Source: Eledone cirrhosa (lineage: Eukaryota). From it: 64,000 bases of DNA. Position numbers and translations under genes: made by a program. Shown piece by piece: positions 43,156 to 55,747 of the stretch. The notes beneath the pieces were generated by a model. It was not told where the DNA came from. It did no database searches and saw only the letters and a list, made by a program, of their open reading frames with translations. Position 1 is the stretch's first letter. Each line of letters begins with the position of its first letter. The stretch is taken from positions 289,912,001-289,976,000 of the forward strand of contig OZ024740.1 of the NCBI GenBank assembly GCA_964016885.1, given 5' to 3'.

Positions 43156-43768
43156 AATACACATGGCGAATTATTATAGCTGGTGAGTTCTTTGTTTCCA
43201 TTTTTTCTAGATAGATTTGTTCCCATCTTTTCTAGATATAAACATGTAATTTGACTTCTATTTCTAGCAGATCTCTGTACCCTATAGAGACTTCCCTCAT
43301 TGGCTGGTTCAGCAATGTTTCTCAACAAATTCTGCATCATGACAACAGGGCTAGAATGTTAATACAGCTTGAATCCCAGTAGATATTGGTTGTTTATATA
43401 TAGAATGTATCCGTGGTAACTCAGCCGAAGATACACAAATGTCTACCATTTAAATGTTTGCTCGGCTTCACCTTCAGGTTCATCTAACCAAATTATATTA
43501 GTAGTTGCCATATTTGTTGTTATGCAGCTAATGCCTTCTTTATTTTCTTGTAAATATATTTATGATTTGCGTTTCAAATAATTATAGTAATAGTAGTAGA
43601 GATGGTAGTGATAGTTCTTTTAAATAGCTTCTCTTGTGTTTGTATTAGCGAACCGTAGAGAATAGAGGCTTCACCCCAACCCATATATATATATATATAT
43701 ATATAAAATATATATATATATATTTATACATAAATGATTGGATATATATATATATATAAACGTATATG

Positions 43769-43815
<47 letters not shown>

Positions 43816-44479
43816 GTATATGATTGTATGTATGTATATATATATGAAATTTGAAATGTATGCACTCAAACGCAAATGGCCATTATAATAATCAATCACT
43901 ATAAATAATAGATTAGAAAATCGAGTAAAGCACTTCTGGAGACTGAAAAAGTGGAATTTTCTCAACTATTATTTAGAGTGATCGACCATCATCGCGCTGG
44001 AACGTACACATTTCAAGTTTCAAATTTCCCAATGTTTCTTGTCAACCGCTTCGTTTACACAGACACACTACACCTATGTATGATGCGTTAAACCAATATT
44101 CATCAAAATATCAACATAGTATTGTTTGTTGTTCAGTATTGATTTTGATTGCTGACGTTTGCCATATATATATATATATATATGATTGGTAAACACAGAT
44201 CTGTGCTGAGGGTGCTGCTGTACTGTGTCTCCAAATGCAGGAGCCGATGTCTCATTAGGCGCTGAAGTAATTCTGTAGGTGTTTCGGCCCCTTCCATTGC
44301 GATATCAGAGTTTCTTGGGGCCACCCATCGATGTAGGTGATGAAACTCATACACAACAGCACATTCTTTGGTGAGTCTAATATTGTGACTCCGTCCCCCT
44401 CAATGCATCAAAAGATCCTGACTGAGAGTTCCTCTTCCACCTATCTCAATGTGTCAATCGTACCATTCACTTTCTCTCT

Positions 44480-45180
44480 TCAGCTAGATGTAGTAACCCA
44501 CTTTTTCAGCTACCTCCGAAAATTCCTTCAAAAGGTGTTTCCTTTCTTTTGCTGCCGGTCCAAGACCCATGTGTGCGAATCAACCCTCGTACCAACACAT
44601 CTTCTGACTCCGACTTCTACAGTGAAAGAGGAAGACTTCCATCCCCAGGTTTCACAGAGTTCGATCAACTCGCTGTACTTCCGGTTGAATGCATCATCAA
44701 TTTTCGCCTCTCAAGAGAACGTAAACTTCACCACCTCCCTTTCCTTGTGGTATTTCATCATCATCATTCTTCGACTACTGTCGAGATGATGGATTTCACT
44801 CTCATGTCCCAGAATTCCCTGTCCCCCATCGCTGCCCCCAGGTCCTGTCTACTGATTCCCGTATCCCTAGAGATCATTATGATCAGAAACAGGACCCGGG
44901 AAAGCAGGGGCTGGACCTATATGAACAGGTATACCATATAATGACAACTGGTGACCTGACCTGTGGTATTTACCTGTGGTATTTAAAGTGGTATTTACCG
45001 TCCAGATCAGGAGAGACCTCCAACATGCACTCCCATTTTGGGTCTGTCTTCATCCTGCTCTTCTCCACTACTTGTGGTCTCTCACTGTTGTTCTTCCTCT
45101 TCCATTGCATCAGCCAGTACTCCGGTTCGTTAACACGATTATCAGTAACCCTTATCCCCCCTCGGTTTCTTGAGCTATGA
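44480..45180 (-). mobile_element. Degenerate RLE-type (HERO/NeSL-like) non-LTR fragment, probably interrupted by an RTE 3' end at ~44750-44935
   Basis: Minus-strand EAKIDDAFNRKYSELIELCETWGWKSSSFTVEVGVR; separate RDTG..QDL..AMGDREFW followed by a (TGA)n tail. Confidence 0.4.
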
Positions 45181-45879
45181 GATCATATTCGTTTAGTATT
45201 GTGTGTCTACCTATCTTTATTGCATTCGTCTCGAATAGATTCCTACATATTCATAAACAAATACTCAACTTGGATGCCAAGGTCTGCTTGATTTAAAATA
45301 TCTGCGATATGCAAGTGTACACACACATACGCACACACATATATGACAGCTATTGACTCATTATCGAGTACGATCGCCCTCTGCTTTTCCGTATTCTTTC
45401 CACTCACAGATGTAATTCTATTTATTTATATGCACCCATGATGACGAACATATACACCAGGTTGGCAAGACCAGCATTTTACCGCATAGATAACGAACGA
45501 CATCACTTCAACTGAAACACAGATGCGCTGTCGACCGGAAAATCCCAACTGCTCTTGTCTATACTACACCTTCTATGACTACTCACAGACGAGAAAATTA
45601 CAGAAGTGGTGTAATTCTCCCAGACACATGATACACTAACTGCAGCAACGAATGGCCCACCATTTGTTTATGGCTACTAAAAATTCAAGTCTTGACTTGC
45701 ACTTAGAACACAAACGAGGAGCCACTTTCTAAATGTTTGAAGCCTTAGACTGGCGACAAGCAACAAACAAGAACAAAAATTACCTTCCCCGTGTGACTGT
45801 TGGTTTAGTCCCCGAGTGGTCATCAATGCACAGGTTGATCAGTTTTGCATGATTACTAATAATAAATCTCTGGTTTTCA

Positions 45880-46897
45880 GATCTCTCGTCTCGCTAACGG
45901 AGCTGCAGTCCTGGGGGGTGAAGAAAAGACCGAAAACGATGGGCGCCTGGCACATTGAATGCGCTCAGGCGCTCACAGTCCTCTGGCAAGCGGGCGCAGC
46001 AATCAGTAGAGACTCCACTTCGACATTCTATAGAGGGATTGTACGTTACAAGGGCGACGACGTGCTCGGAGAGACTCTGGGCGTCGAAGACGATGAGCTC
46101 ACCAGTATGTTTGGTAGGACTTTCCGCCCGGGACCTATGGACAACTTCCAGAGGTCCCTGGCCTGGCAGTGCTACCGAGGAGCTCTACCGGTTCGTGACA
46201 AGATCTACAGGCACGGACGCCCTGGCAGGGATCCTTCCAAGAGGACGTGTCCAAGATGTGCGCAGGACATTGAAACAGTTCTGCACGCAATTGTACACTG
46301 CCCGGGCGTAAGCGACCTGTGGAACTATGCAGAACAACTGCTGTCGCGTATGGGACAAATACAGTTGACTGCCGAGTCCATAGTAAGGATCAAACCGCCA
46401 GACTCTTTCAAAAACGAAAGAGAGGCGGTTTTCCTCTGTACGGTGGCTATGGTGAAAGAAGTTATATGGTGGACGAGGTTGAGAGGACTGAGGACAGATG
46501 CCTTTCTCTCCGGACAACAATTGATTCCATTCTTTAAGTATCACTTTAGAAGGAGAATCAGGGTGGAGAGAGAGGCACTGCACCCCAGTAAATTTACTGA
46601 AAGGTGGGTGAATGAAGCGAAAATGGCCCGAGTGATTGGGCCTTCTCTGTTTATAAGCCTGTAGGTTGAGGAAGAGAGCAAAAGGAAGAAAGGAGCACTT
46701 GCACAACACGCTCCTTGAGTTGAGGGTTGTTCTATCGACGGGGTATTAAACAACCCATTTGTGGCGCCTCCCCCCTATTGGGGATTTCGATTGTTGAAAT
46801 TGTTTGTTTTTATATTTTTTACACGACTGTATGTAAAATCCCCGGCATGTCTTTGTATTGTCCCCTTTCTTGTTGCGCCCTTGTGGCTAATAAAGAA
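45880..46897 (+). mobile_element. Tx1/L1-clade LINE, 5'-truncated copy (ORF2 C-terminus plus 3' UTR) followed by (TATC)n
   Basis: SLAWQCYRGALPVRD...CPRC..ETVLHAIVHC; homologous to 51665-52690; AATAAA just before (ATCT)n at 46898-46980. Confidence 0.85.
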
Positions 46898-46980
<83 letters not shown>

Positions 46981-46982
<2 letters not shown>

Positions 46983-49900
46983 GGGATGAACACACGTGTG
47001 AAAGTTGGTAGGTAAGTTCTGCTTAAATTTCTATAGAAATTCTTGACTGTGAGCCTTCATTTTTATACCAATTTGTAGAGGGACTGCCAGATCAAATTTT
47101 GATCTGGTCAGTCTCTCAAAATAAGCGAAATAGTTCATGGAAAAAAATTTTTGGGAAAAAATAACATTTAAAAAAAATGGTTGAAGCAACAGCTTCTTCA
47201 CCAACATTCGAATGAGGAAAAAGGAAGATATGCTTTCCCCTTCCACTGTCATAGTAGCAGATGTCTCAGACAAAGGTTAGACAGAGGAAGGATTTTCTTC
47301 ACCTCCTGACCGACATCTTGACGTTGCCATGACAACAAACCAAAACCCAAAGTGTGAAACAATGAACAAAAACAACACAACCGGCACCACCAGCAACAAC
47401 AACAACAATGCTATGAACGAAAACAACACCAACAACAACGAAGACAACAACAATAATAAGAACAACAAAAACAACAATTCCAGCACAGGCGAAAACAACC
47501 AAACACACAAAAAAGAAAAAAAAAAACGTTTGCAGAAAGCCTTGCCAAAGAGACAGATTTTATAGAAATAGATCTGTGAAACCAAGCGCAGCGCCTAAAG
47601 GACGTTGCACAACATATAACTTTCGAAGGTAACGGCTTTCGAATAAGTACCCTACCGGAAATTTGGGCCGCGACGTTAAGAAAAACAATTTTCTTCCCGA
47701 CGATCTGCTCACACACCAAGAAACCTATGGCTTTAAGCAATAACACAGTGGAACCCGCGCCAAAGGAGGCAATGCCAGACATTGTTTACCTCCAGAGGGC
47801 GAAGCAGTACGCGAGAATCTCGGTGCTCTTTAAAAGCGAGGCCCTCGCCCAGAAATATTCGGTGGCTCCAATTAGAACGAGCCAACACATCTTCTTCCCA
47901 ACATACATGAGAAGAACCCATAAAATAAGGATCTCCCAGATCCCACCGAACACCAACATTTGGTAGATTCTGGGTGGTTTTTTGGAGGAGGGTGAAGACA
48001 ACCTCCTCTCTGTAAAAAAATCAATCCGATGGAACTAGAACAGGATCTCAATGGAGCTTTTGGTTCAAATGAAACCGGAGAGGATTGGAAAAATACCGGA
48101 AAGGGTGCCGGTGGATGATAACCATGTTGTCCACATCGCAGTGGAGGGCAACAGACCACAATGTTTCAAATGTAGAAAAAACACACATTTAAAAGCATTT
48201 TACCCAATGCTGGATGCGGAAAAACAATAGAAGGCGTTGTGGCCAACCCCAAAACTACAACAGACACACCCGAAAACAAAAAACACAACCCCCAAACCAT
48301 CAGCATTCACCCAACCATCACAAACCACAAAAGACACCACACCAAAAATTCCCCTGAAGGACTCTGTCCCACCCCTTCCTCCTCTGTCCAACACTCCCAC
48401 AAACACGCCCACAAACACTCCACCACAACACAACATACCCCTCCCACCTATCCACAATGATAACACCTCAGACACGGGAACCTCTACATCTCCAAGTGAG
48501 GATGAAGAGGAACCCCCAAAAATCCAAGAAGCAAAAAGCCACAGAAAAAATACAACAAAAACATCAACTGAAAACACGCACACACCCAACACTGACATAA
48601 ACATACCGCCACAAACGACAACCACACCAACAACACAACCAGACACTTCACCAACAAAACAAACATCCACACCATTACAATCACAAACCCCAACCACAAA
48701 AAAACTACAAACAGAAACAGTATACATAAAAAACAAAACACATTACGCATGCATAAAAACAAGAAACAAAGAATAGATGGAAACTGTCCGAAAGAACTCC
48801 ACAAAACAAACGGAAGGGAAAACCTTCCCCCACCAACGACCCACCCCCAAACCTCAAAGTTATCAGGGTAACAACCCTACAGTACGAAACCTTAAAAAGG
48901 AACTTCCCACATGATGTGGCCCCCCCCTTGCCAAAAACCTTTAACCATGTCCTGCTAAAGGGATTCCCTCCCTCCCCAAAGACCCCCAATCTGGACATGG
49001 AGATCAAACAACCCGACTTCCAGGAGACGAAAAGTTAAGTGTTCCCTCCTTTTCTCTCCCTAACTTTTCTTCACCAACATGGCGACTATACAAGCTGGAT
49101 GTTTGAATGTACGTGGCCTGGGTATGTCCTGGAAACAGGGCAAGCTTTTAAATGATCTTAGGTCACATTGTATAGATGTGATAGCCATCACCGAGTCCAG
49201 AATTCACGACAAGCAGCAGCTAACCCCCATGTTCGATGACGTTGAGATCTACGCATCTCTCTGTCAGCTAGGAGGTGTAGGGGGAGTTGTTGTTCTGTTT
49301 CGAAAAACTTGGATCTCAAAGCACAGACGGACGTGAATAGTAGTGAAGGTGGAGGTATATGCCCCGACTGGGACATCGCGACCAGAGTTCTTCAAGCGTC
49401 TGGAGCCATTCCTTAGTGTTAGCGGGGGACTGGAATGGCATCTTAGATGCACGTTGGGACTATGTAGGAGCTTGTGATAATAGAGCGGAGTGTAATAGCC
49501 TCAAAAATCTCATCAGCCAATTCCAACTGGCTGATAGATATTGACTAGACTTCCCAAGTGCACCACTGTGGACATGGAGCAACCGCAATGGGTCTTCTAG
49601 ATCGTATTTAGATAGATTTTTTAATTAGACGGAATGATAAGGAAACATTAAGCTGTCCACAAATGCACATGGTTGCCTATTCAGACCACAAATTAGTCAC
49701 ATGCGTAATCAACCTTGATAGAACACATAAACAGGGAGCCGGATACTGGAAGCTAAACATGTCGCTTACGGCGCGTAAGGCCTACAGTAAACGGATTAGC
49801 ACCTTAGTTAAGTGCCAGTTGACGGGGGCGATCGTCAACAGCAGGTGGTAGAGCTCTCTCAAGAGAGCAATTAGAATAGAATCGATAGAATTTAGCAAGG

Positions 49901-52691
49901 AAGTAGCTTTAGAAAAAAACAAAACCGAAAAGGAACTCGTAGCTAAAGTAGAAGAGGCACTTAGGAATGACAGTACAGCTGACGTGCTCGCGGCGAGAAC
50001 GGCACTAAACCAGTTCTTCAACGTGAAAAAACGAAGGTTGTATTGTCAGAAGTAGAACACGTGCTCTAAGAAACGAGGGAGCCAAAGCTGTTAGCTGGGC
50101 CCGAGTGGTAGAGGCGAAAAGTGGCAACAGATCCACAATTCGGTCTTTGCAAGACAAAGATGGACACATTCTACTTGAATCCAAGCATATGTGCACGGCC
50201 TTCCAGCAACACTTTGCACAACTGTTCGGGCAAAGCGGTACATCGAGGGAGGTGATGGACTTCAGCTTCTAACTCGACGGCGTTCCACGACTATCGAGCA
50301 CGGATGCAGAGAGCTGCGAAAGGCCGATCACAGCGGGCGAAATAGAAGATGCTCTAGGCCGATGCGAGAAACGCAAATCACCCGGTTTAGATGGTCTACC
50401 CTATGAGTTTTACATAGGCATGCCAGATTGTTCTCTGGCGTCCTCAAAGTGGTCTTCTGCAACTGGCAGCAGAACGGGAGGATTCCCAGTTCTGTAGGCA
50501 AAGGCGAGGTAACGCTGATCAGGAAAGATGAGAACAAAGGAGATGAGATAAGCAATTTCAGGCCCATATCTGCTCGACACAGAGTTAAAGATTTTGGCCA
50601 ATGTGTTGGCAGCGAGGCTGGCGCTTGTCAGCGAGAACCTGGTAGGGGAAGGGCAAACGTATGCAATCCCGACCAGGTCCATACACGACAACCTCCACCT
50701 CATGCGATACATCATAGAGAGGGTAGGGTGTAAACCTGGCTTCGGTGGGGCTCTGATCAATTTAGATCAGTCTAAGGCATTTGATAGGGTCGACCATCAA
50801 TACTTGGAAGCAGTTCTCAAGGCGGCCGGCTTCGGTCCCGTCTTCAGAGGCTAGATCGCTGCCATGAACACCATCATCTGCTCGGCAGTCAAGGTGAATG
50901 GCTACCTATCGGAGCCATTCCAAATCATGCGTTCCATCCGTCAGGGAGGCCCTCTCTCCTCCATTCTGTATGTACTGACTCTCGAGCCATTACTGCGGAA
51001 GTTGGAGCTGTTGCAGGGCATCCCGATCGAACCAGGACTGCGGAAAGCAGCGTCGGCCTATGCCGACGACATAACCGTAATGGTGTCGAAAACCTCGGAA
51101 ATCGGGGTAATCGGCAACCTATTACAGGAATACGAAACGTTGACAGGAGCAAGACTAAACCCAAACAAGTCTGTCGGTTTGAAACTCGGCACATGGAGAG
51201 GCAAACCCATGACTTCCGACAGCGTCGTTGGACGCTGGACGGAAGGACCGGTGAAATTGCTCGGGGTCTGGCAAGGTCCAGACCTCCAGGTGGAAAAGAA
51301 CTGGAACGAAGTAACGGCGAAAGTGTTTGCACTCACTCAGAAGTGGGCTGAGTGCAAACACTCCTTGAAAGGTCTAGCGGAGGTGGCGAACACTTACATA
51401 GCGTCCGTCATCTACTACCGCTTGACAGTCGTGCCTTGTACCCGCGAATACCTCACCAACATGGAACGCCTACTCCTCAAGTTCCTCTGGAAAAAACAGG
51501 TTCCATTGGTGAGGAGATCCATCTGCTGTCAACACCCTTCTAGCGAAGGGCTGGGCATGCCGTGGCTGATGATGCGCAAACACGCGCTGAGGCTACGCCA
51601 TATCCAGGTGTTCTTTACCGGTGAACCGGTGTGGCTGTCGTTTGTAAGACGAGCTCTTCCATAATTCGTCTCACTAACAGAGCTGCAGTCCTGGGTCAAG
51701 CGAAAACCGAAAATAGGTGCCTGGCACCTCGAGTGCCTTCAGGCGCTCACAGCCCTCTACCAAGCGGAAATGGCAATCAGCGGAGACTCCACTTCGACAT
51801 TATATAGGGGATTCGTGGAGAATAAGTACGACGACGTTCTCGGGGAAACTCTAGGCATCGAGGAGGACGAATTGACCAGTCTGTTCGGGAGGACTTTCCG
51901 TCCAGGGCCTATGGATGACTTCCAGAGATCTCTGGCCTGGCAGTGCTACCGAGGAGCTCTACCAGTTCGAGACAAAATCTACAGGCACGGATGCCCTGGC
52001 AGAGATCCTGCCAAAGGGACCCGTCCAAGATGCGAGCAGGACATCGAAACTGTTCTGCAGGCAATTGTTCAGTGTCCCGGGGTGACCGACTTATGGAATT
52101 ATGTCGAACAGATACTGTCACGTGTGGGACGCATCCAGTTGTCAGCCGAGTCCATCGTGAGGATCACCCCGCCGCCTTTATTTAAGAATGAAGGAGAGGC
52201 GGTTTTCCTCTGTCTGGTGGCTATGGCGAAAGAGGTAATATGGTGAACGAGGTTCAAAGGACTGAGGGCAAACACCTTTCTCTCCGAACAGCAACTTATC
52301 TCCTTCTTTAAGTACCACTTCAGAAGGAAGGTGAGTGGAGATAGAGGTGCTACACCCCAGTAAATTCGCTGAAAGGTGGGTGAATGTGGCGAAAATGGCC
52401 CGAGTGAATGGGCCTTCTCTGTATATAAACTTGTAAGTTGAGGAAGATAAACAGAGGGAAGACAGGAACACCTACAAAATGTGTTCCTGGTGTTGAGGGT
52501 TGTTCTATCCACGGGGTGTAAAACAACCCTGTAGTAACGTTCCCCCTATTGAGGATTTCAATTGTTATTTTATTATATATAGTTTATTGTTATTTATTAA
52601 TGTTAAAGTTATATGATTTTTATGTAAAACCCACGCCGTCACGTCTTGTAATGTCCCATTTTTGTACGCCCCTGTGGCAAATAAAGAACGA
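46981..52691 (+). mobile_element. Tx1/L1-clade LINE, near full length, with disrupted ORF1 and ORF2
   Basis: ORF1 remnants with a CCHC-like knuckle (QCFKCRKNTH). ORF2 from 49079: APE (CLNVRGL, AITES, GDWN, YSDH), RT (NFRPIS, LDQSKAFDRVDH, IRQGGPLS, AYADD) and zinc-binding tail. AATAAA then (TATC)n. The 5' boundary is inferred. Confidence 0.88.
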
Positions 52692-52893
52692 TATCTATCT
52701 ATCTATCTATATACGATAAGGATAATTGCAAAGGCTCAATGTAGCTGTTCAAAATCCCTTTATTCATAAAGCTGTGATACATCTTTCAATTGCGATCATG
52801 GTTACATGATGCTTCGATCACCTAGCCATGATCACCATGTATGTATATATATCTATCTATAAGTGTGTGTGTGTGTCGGTGTGCGTGTGTGTG

Positions 52894-52972
<79 letters not shown>

Positions 52973-52987
52973 CTAAAAAAAAAATAG

Positions 52988-53572
52988 TTTTCTCTCTACA
53001 TGGCTGAATACAATAAATGTAATTTTGAAGACCGTATGCTATTGTTTTAGAGTAGTGACAAATTCACTTACTTTAATCTCAGCAAACAGGGGAGATAAGC
53101 CGACAAGGCCTTGTTTCGCTTTTGTTGAAGCTTATCAAGGCTAACTACCCCTCCTGTCTACTGAAATTACTGATGTTATATTCTTATAGAATTCTAGTAA
53201 ATAATCAGGAACTGATTATACAGAGCGATTGTTGGTCAGGCAGAAATTAAAAATTAGAATTGGGGCTCTGAAATAGCAATATATATATGGATGTATATAT
53301 AATGTATTTTGCAATACACTTTATGCTTAAACATCAGTAATCTCAGTAGACAGGAGGAGTAGTTAGCCTTGATAAGCTTCAACAAAAGCGAAACAAGGCC
53401 TTGTCGGCTTATCTCCCCTGTTTGCTGAGATTAAAGTAAGTGAATTTGTCACTACTCTAAAACAATAGCATACGGTCTTCAACATGCTTTTAATTAAGCA
53501 TAAAGTGTATTGCAAAATACATTATATATACATCCATATATATATATTGCTATTTCAAGAGCTCCAATTCTA

Positions 53573-53577
<5 letters not shown>
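52988..53577. mobile_element. HHR element family C with interlocked double inversion, in (TA)n
   Basis: 53027-53178 is inverted to 53330-53480, and 53251-53330 is inverted to 53494-53576. It starts with a ~36-bp piece of family B. Confidence 0.8.
53342..53431 (+). ncRNA. Type I hammerhead variant with U3-A8 core (copy on - strand at ~53077-53164)
   Basis: AGCC UUGAUAA GCUU caacaa AAGC GAAA CAAGGCCUUG UC GGCU; distal stem cucaguagacagg/ccuguuugcugag. Confidence 0.7.
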
Positions 53578-53642
<65 letters not shown>

Positions 53643-53644
53643 CA

Positions 53645-54291
53645 TATATTAAATGTATATATTGAGTTAGGAACTCAAAATAGTCTGTTACAACAAAATA
53701 GCTCTAAGAAAGAGATATTTCTGAGCCGTATATTATAATAGAATATAAAAGAAAATTGAACACAGATATATAGATATATGTGTTCAAATCGTGAAGGACC
53801 TGATTCGCTAAGGTGAAAAGAATACTAACTATAGACAATTGGGTTCGCTTGTCTCAATTTAAGAAAAAATTAAGAAAATAAATACAAACCGGAATTGTGG
53901 TAACTACCAATCACCCAGACAACTTGTTGTTTCGCAAAGTTAATTGAGAATAGAAATACTAATCCAAGCTCATCAGTGGGTGATGAATTAGTATCCTAGA
54001 CACATCTATGTATGCTATATATAAAATATAAAACACCGCACATGGCATCCTAGCGAGTCTCACAAACCCACACCACTAAAAATTGCAGCCAGGTTTATTC
54101 GACATTTGAAATAGCTCAACAAATTAACGGAGCCGAATATATTAAATGTATATATTGAGTTAGGAACTCAAAATAGTCTCTTACAACGAAATAGCTCTAA
54201 GAAAGAGATATTTCTGAGCTGTGTCAGGTCCCTTACGATTTGAACACATATATCTATATATCTGTGTTCAATTTTCTTTTATATTCTATTA

Positions 54292-54296
<5 letters not shown>
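53645..54296 (-). mobile_element. HHR element family E, ~493-bp tandem unit with partial inversion, in (TA)n
   Basis: 53645-53728 is directly repeated at 54138-54221; 53732-53802 is inverted at 54224-54294. Confidence 0.8.
53910..53984 (-). ncRNA. Type I hammerhead ribozyme
   Basis: Reverse complement: AUCACCCA CUGAUGA GC..(32 nt)..GC GAAA CAAC aa GUUG UC UGGGUGAU; perfect 8-bp stem I. Confidence 0.8.
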
Positions 54297-54356
<60 letters not shown>

Positions 54357-54365
<9 letters not shown>

Positions 54366-54913
54366 TAAAAAAATAATGAATAAAACAATGAAACAGTTCC
54401 TTATATTAAACAAAAAAAGTTCATTATTTAACGATCGTTTCTAGGATATATATGTGTTAGAATTGGCATGCATATTCAACAGATCTATGTACAAAATTAT
54501 ACAAAATTATACAAACTATCAAAATTAAATATACATACCAACACATATATAAGCCGTCTTCAGAAATAATTGAAGACGGCTTATATATGTGTTGGTATGT
54601 ATATTTAATTTTGATAGTTTGTATAATTTTGTATAATTTTGTACATAGATCTGTTGAATATGCATGCCAATTCTAACACATATATATCCTAGAAACGATC
54701 GTTAAATAGTTAAATAATGAACTTTTTTTGTTTAATATAAGGAACTGTTTCATTGTTTTATTCATTATTTTTTTAATATTTTATCTTGACTCTGTATTCC
54801 GTTTATCTTTCACCGAAAGTGATTTTTCATTGCATCTCTTCTTTCCATGATATCCGGATTACATTGAGTTCTTCATACGGATTGGACACTACCGTAAACT
54901 CTTGGTAGATTTA

Positions 54914-54914
<1 letters not shown>
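54357..54914. mobile_element. Fold-back element family F (~205-bp inverted arms), in (TA)n
   Basis: 54357-54562 is a near-perfect reverse complement of 54571-54784. Confidence 0.85.
54423..54570 (-). ncRNA. Hammerhead ribozyme-like motif with very long stem II
   Basis: Reverse complement: AUUAUUU CUGAAGA ..~115 nt.. GAAA CGAUCG UU AAAUAAU; stem II arms auauauguguugg/cuaacacauauau. Confidence 0.6.
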
Positions 54915-54956
<42 letters not shown>

Positions 54957-55010
54957 CGTTTCTGAATTTGTTTAGCAAGATTCTTTATCTGAAAACGTGT
55001 GTTGAAACCG

Positions 55011-55190
55011 ATATTGTTATACTTTAGGAGGGTCATGTTGCCAATAAGAAACCCACGCACCAGTTGCTTTCACTTCAATTTATTATAATAAATTTATAAG
55101 TTTAGGAATTTATAAATTGATTATAATAAATTGAAGTGAAAGCAACTGGTGCGTGTGTTTCTTATTGGCAACATGACCCTCCCAAAGTAT

Positions 55191-55198
<8 letters not shown>
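55011..55198. repeat. Palindrome made of PLE-related 3' ends, in (TA)n
   Basis: ~78-bp arms; attgttatactttaggagggtcatgttg resembles attgttatacttggggagggccatgttg at 21981. Confidence 0.8.
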
Positions 55199-55235
<37 letters not shown>

Positions 55236-55375
55236 CGACCTCTCACACACATCTCAATTCTAATTTTGAAAAGCATAAGAATTATGAAACCGATAAAGGA
55301 AATAAATAAATATTCTTAAAAAGACTCCAGTTGTATTTTCTATTTCTTTTCCTTATACACACACACACACACACA

Positions 55376-55412
<37 letters not shown>

Positions 55413-55563
55413 ACACACGCACACACACACACTCACACTCTCTCACACACACACACACACACACTTTCACACACACACACACACACTCACACACACTCAC
55501 TCACACACACACCCATATATATACATATATTGAGAGACAGAGATAAGCAAGTAGGCACATAAT

Positions 55564-55747
55564 TGTTTCTATTTTAGGCACAAGGCCAGCAATTACCCAG
55601 TACATTACTGGTAATTTATTTTATCGACCCGGTAAGGATGAAAGGCAAAGTTAACCTCGGCGGGATTTGAACTTAGATCATAAAGGGACGTAACTCTATA
55701 CTTCAAAGCATGGTGTCCGACTCTCTACCGATACTGCCAATCCACCG
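55564..55747 (-). mobile_element. Octopus-type tRNA SINE, full length, with TSD
   Basis: Same family as 62127; TSD caagtaggca(c/a)ataat at 55548 and 55748. Confidence 0.85.
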
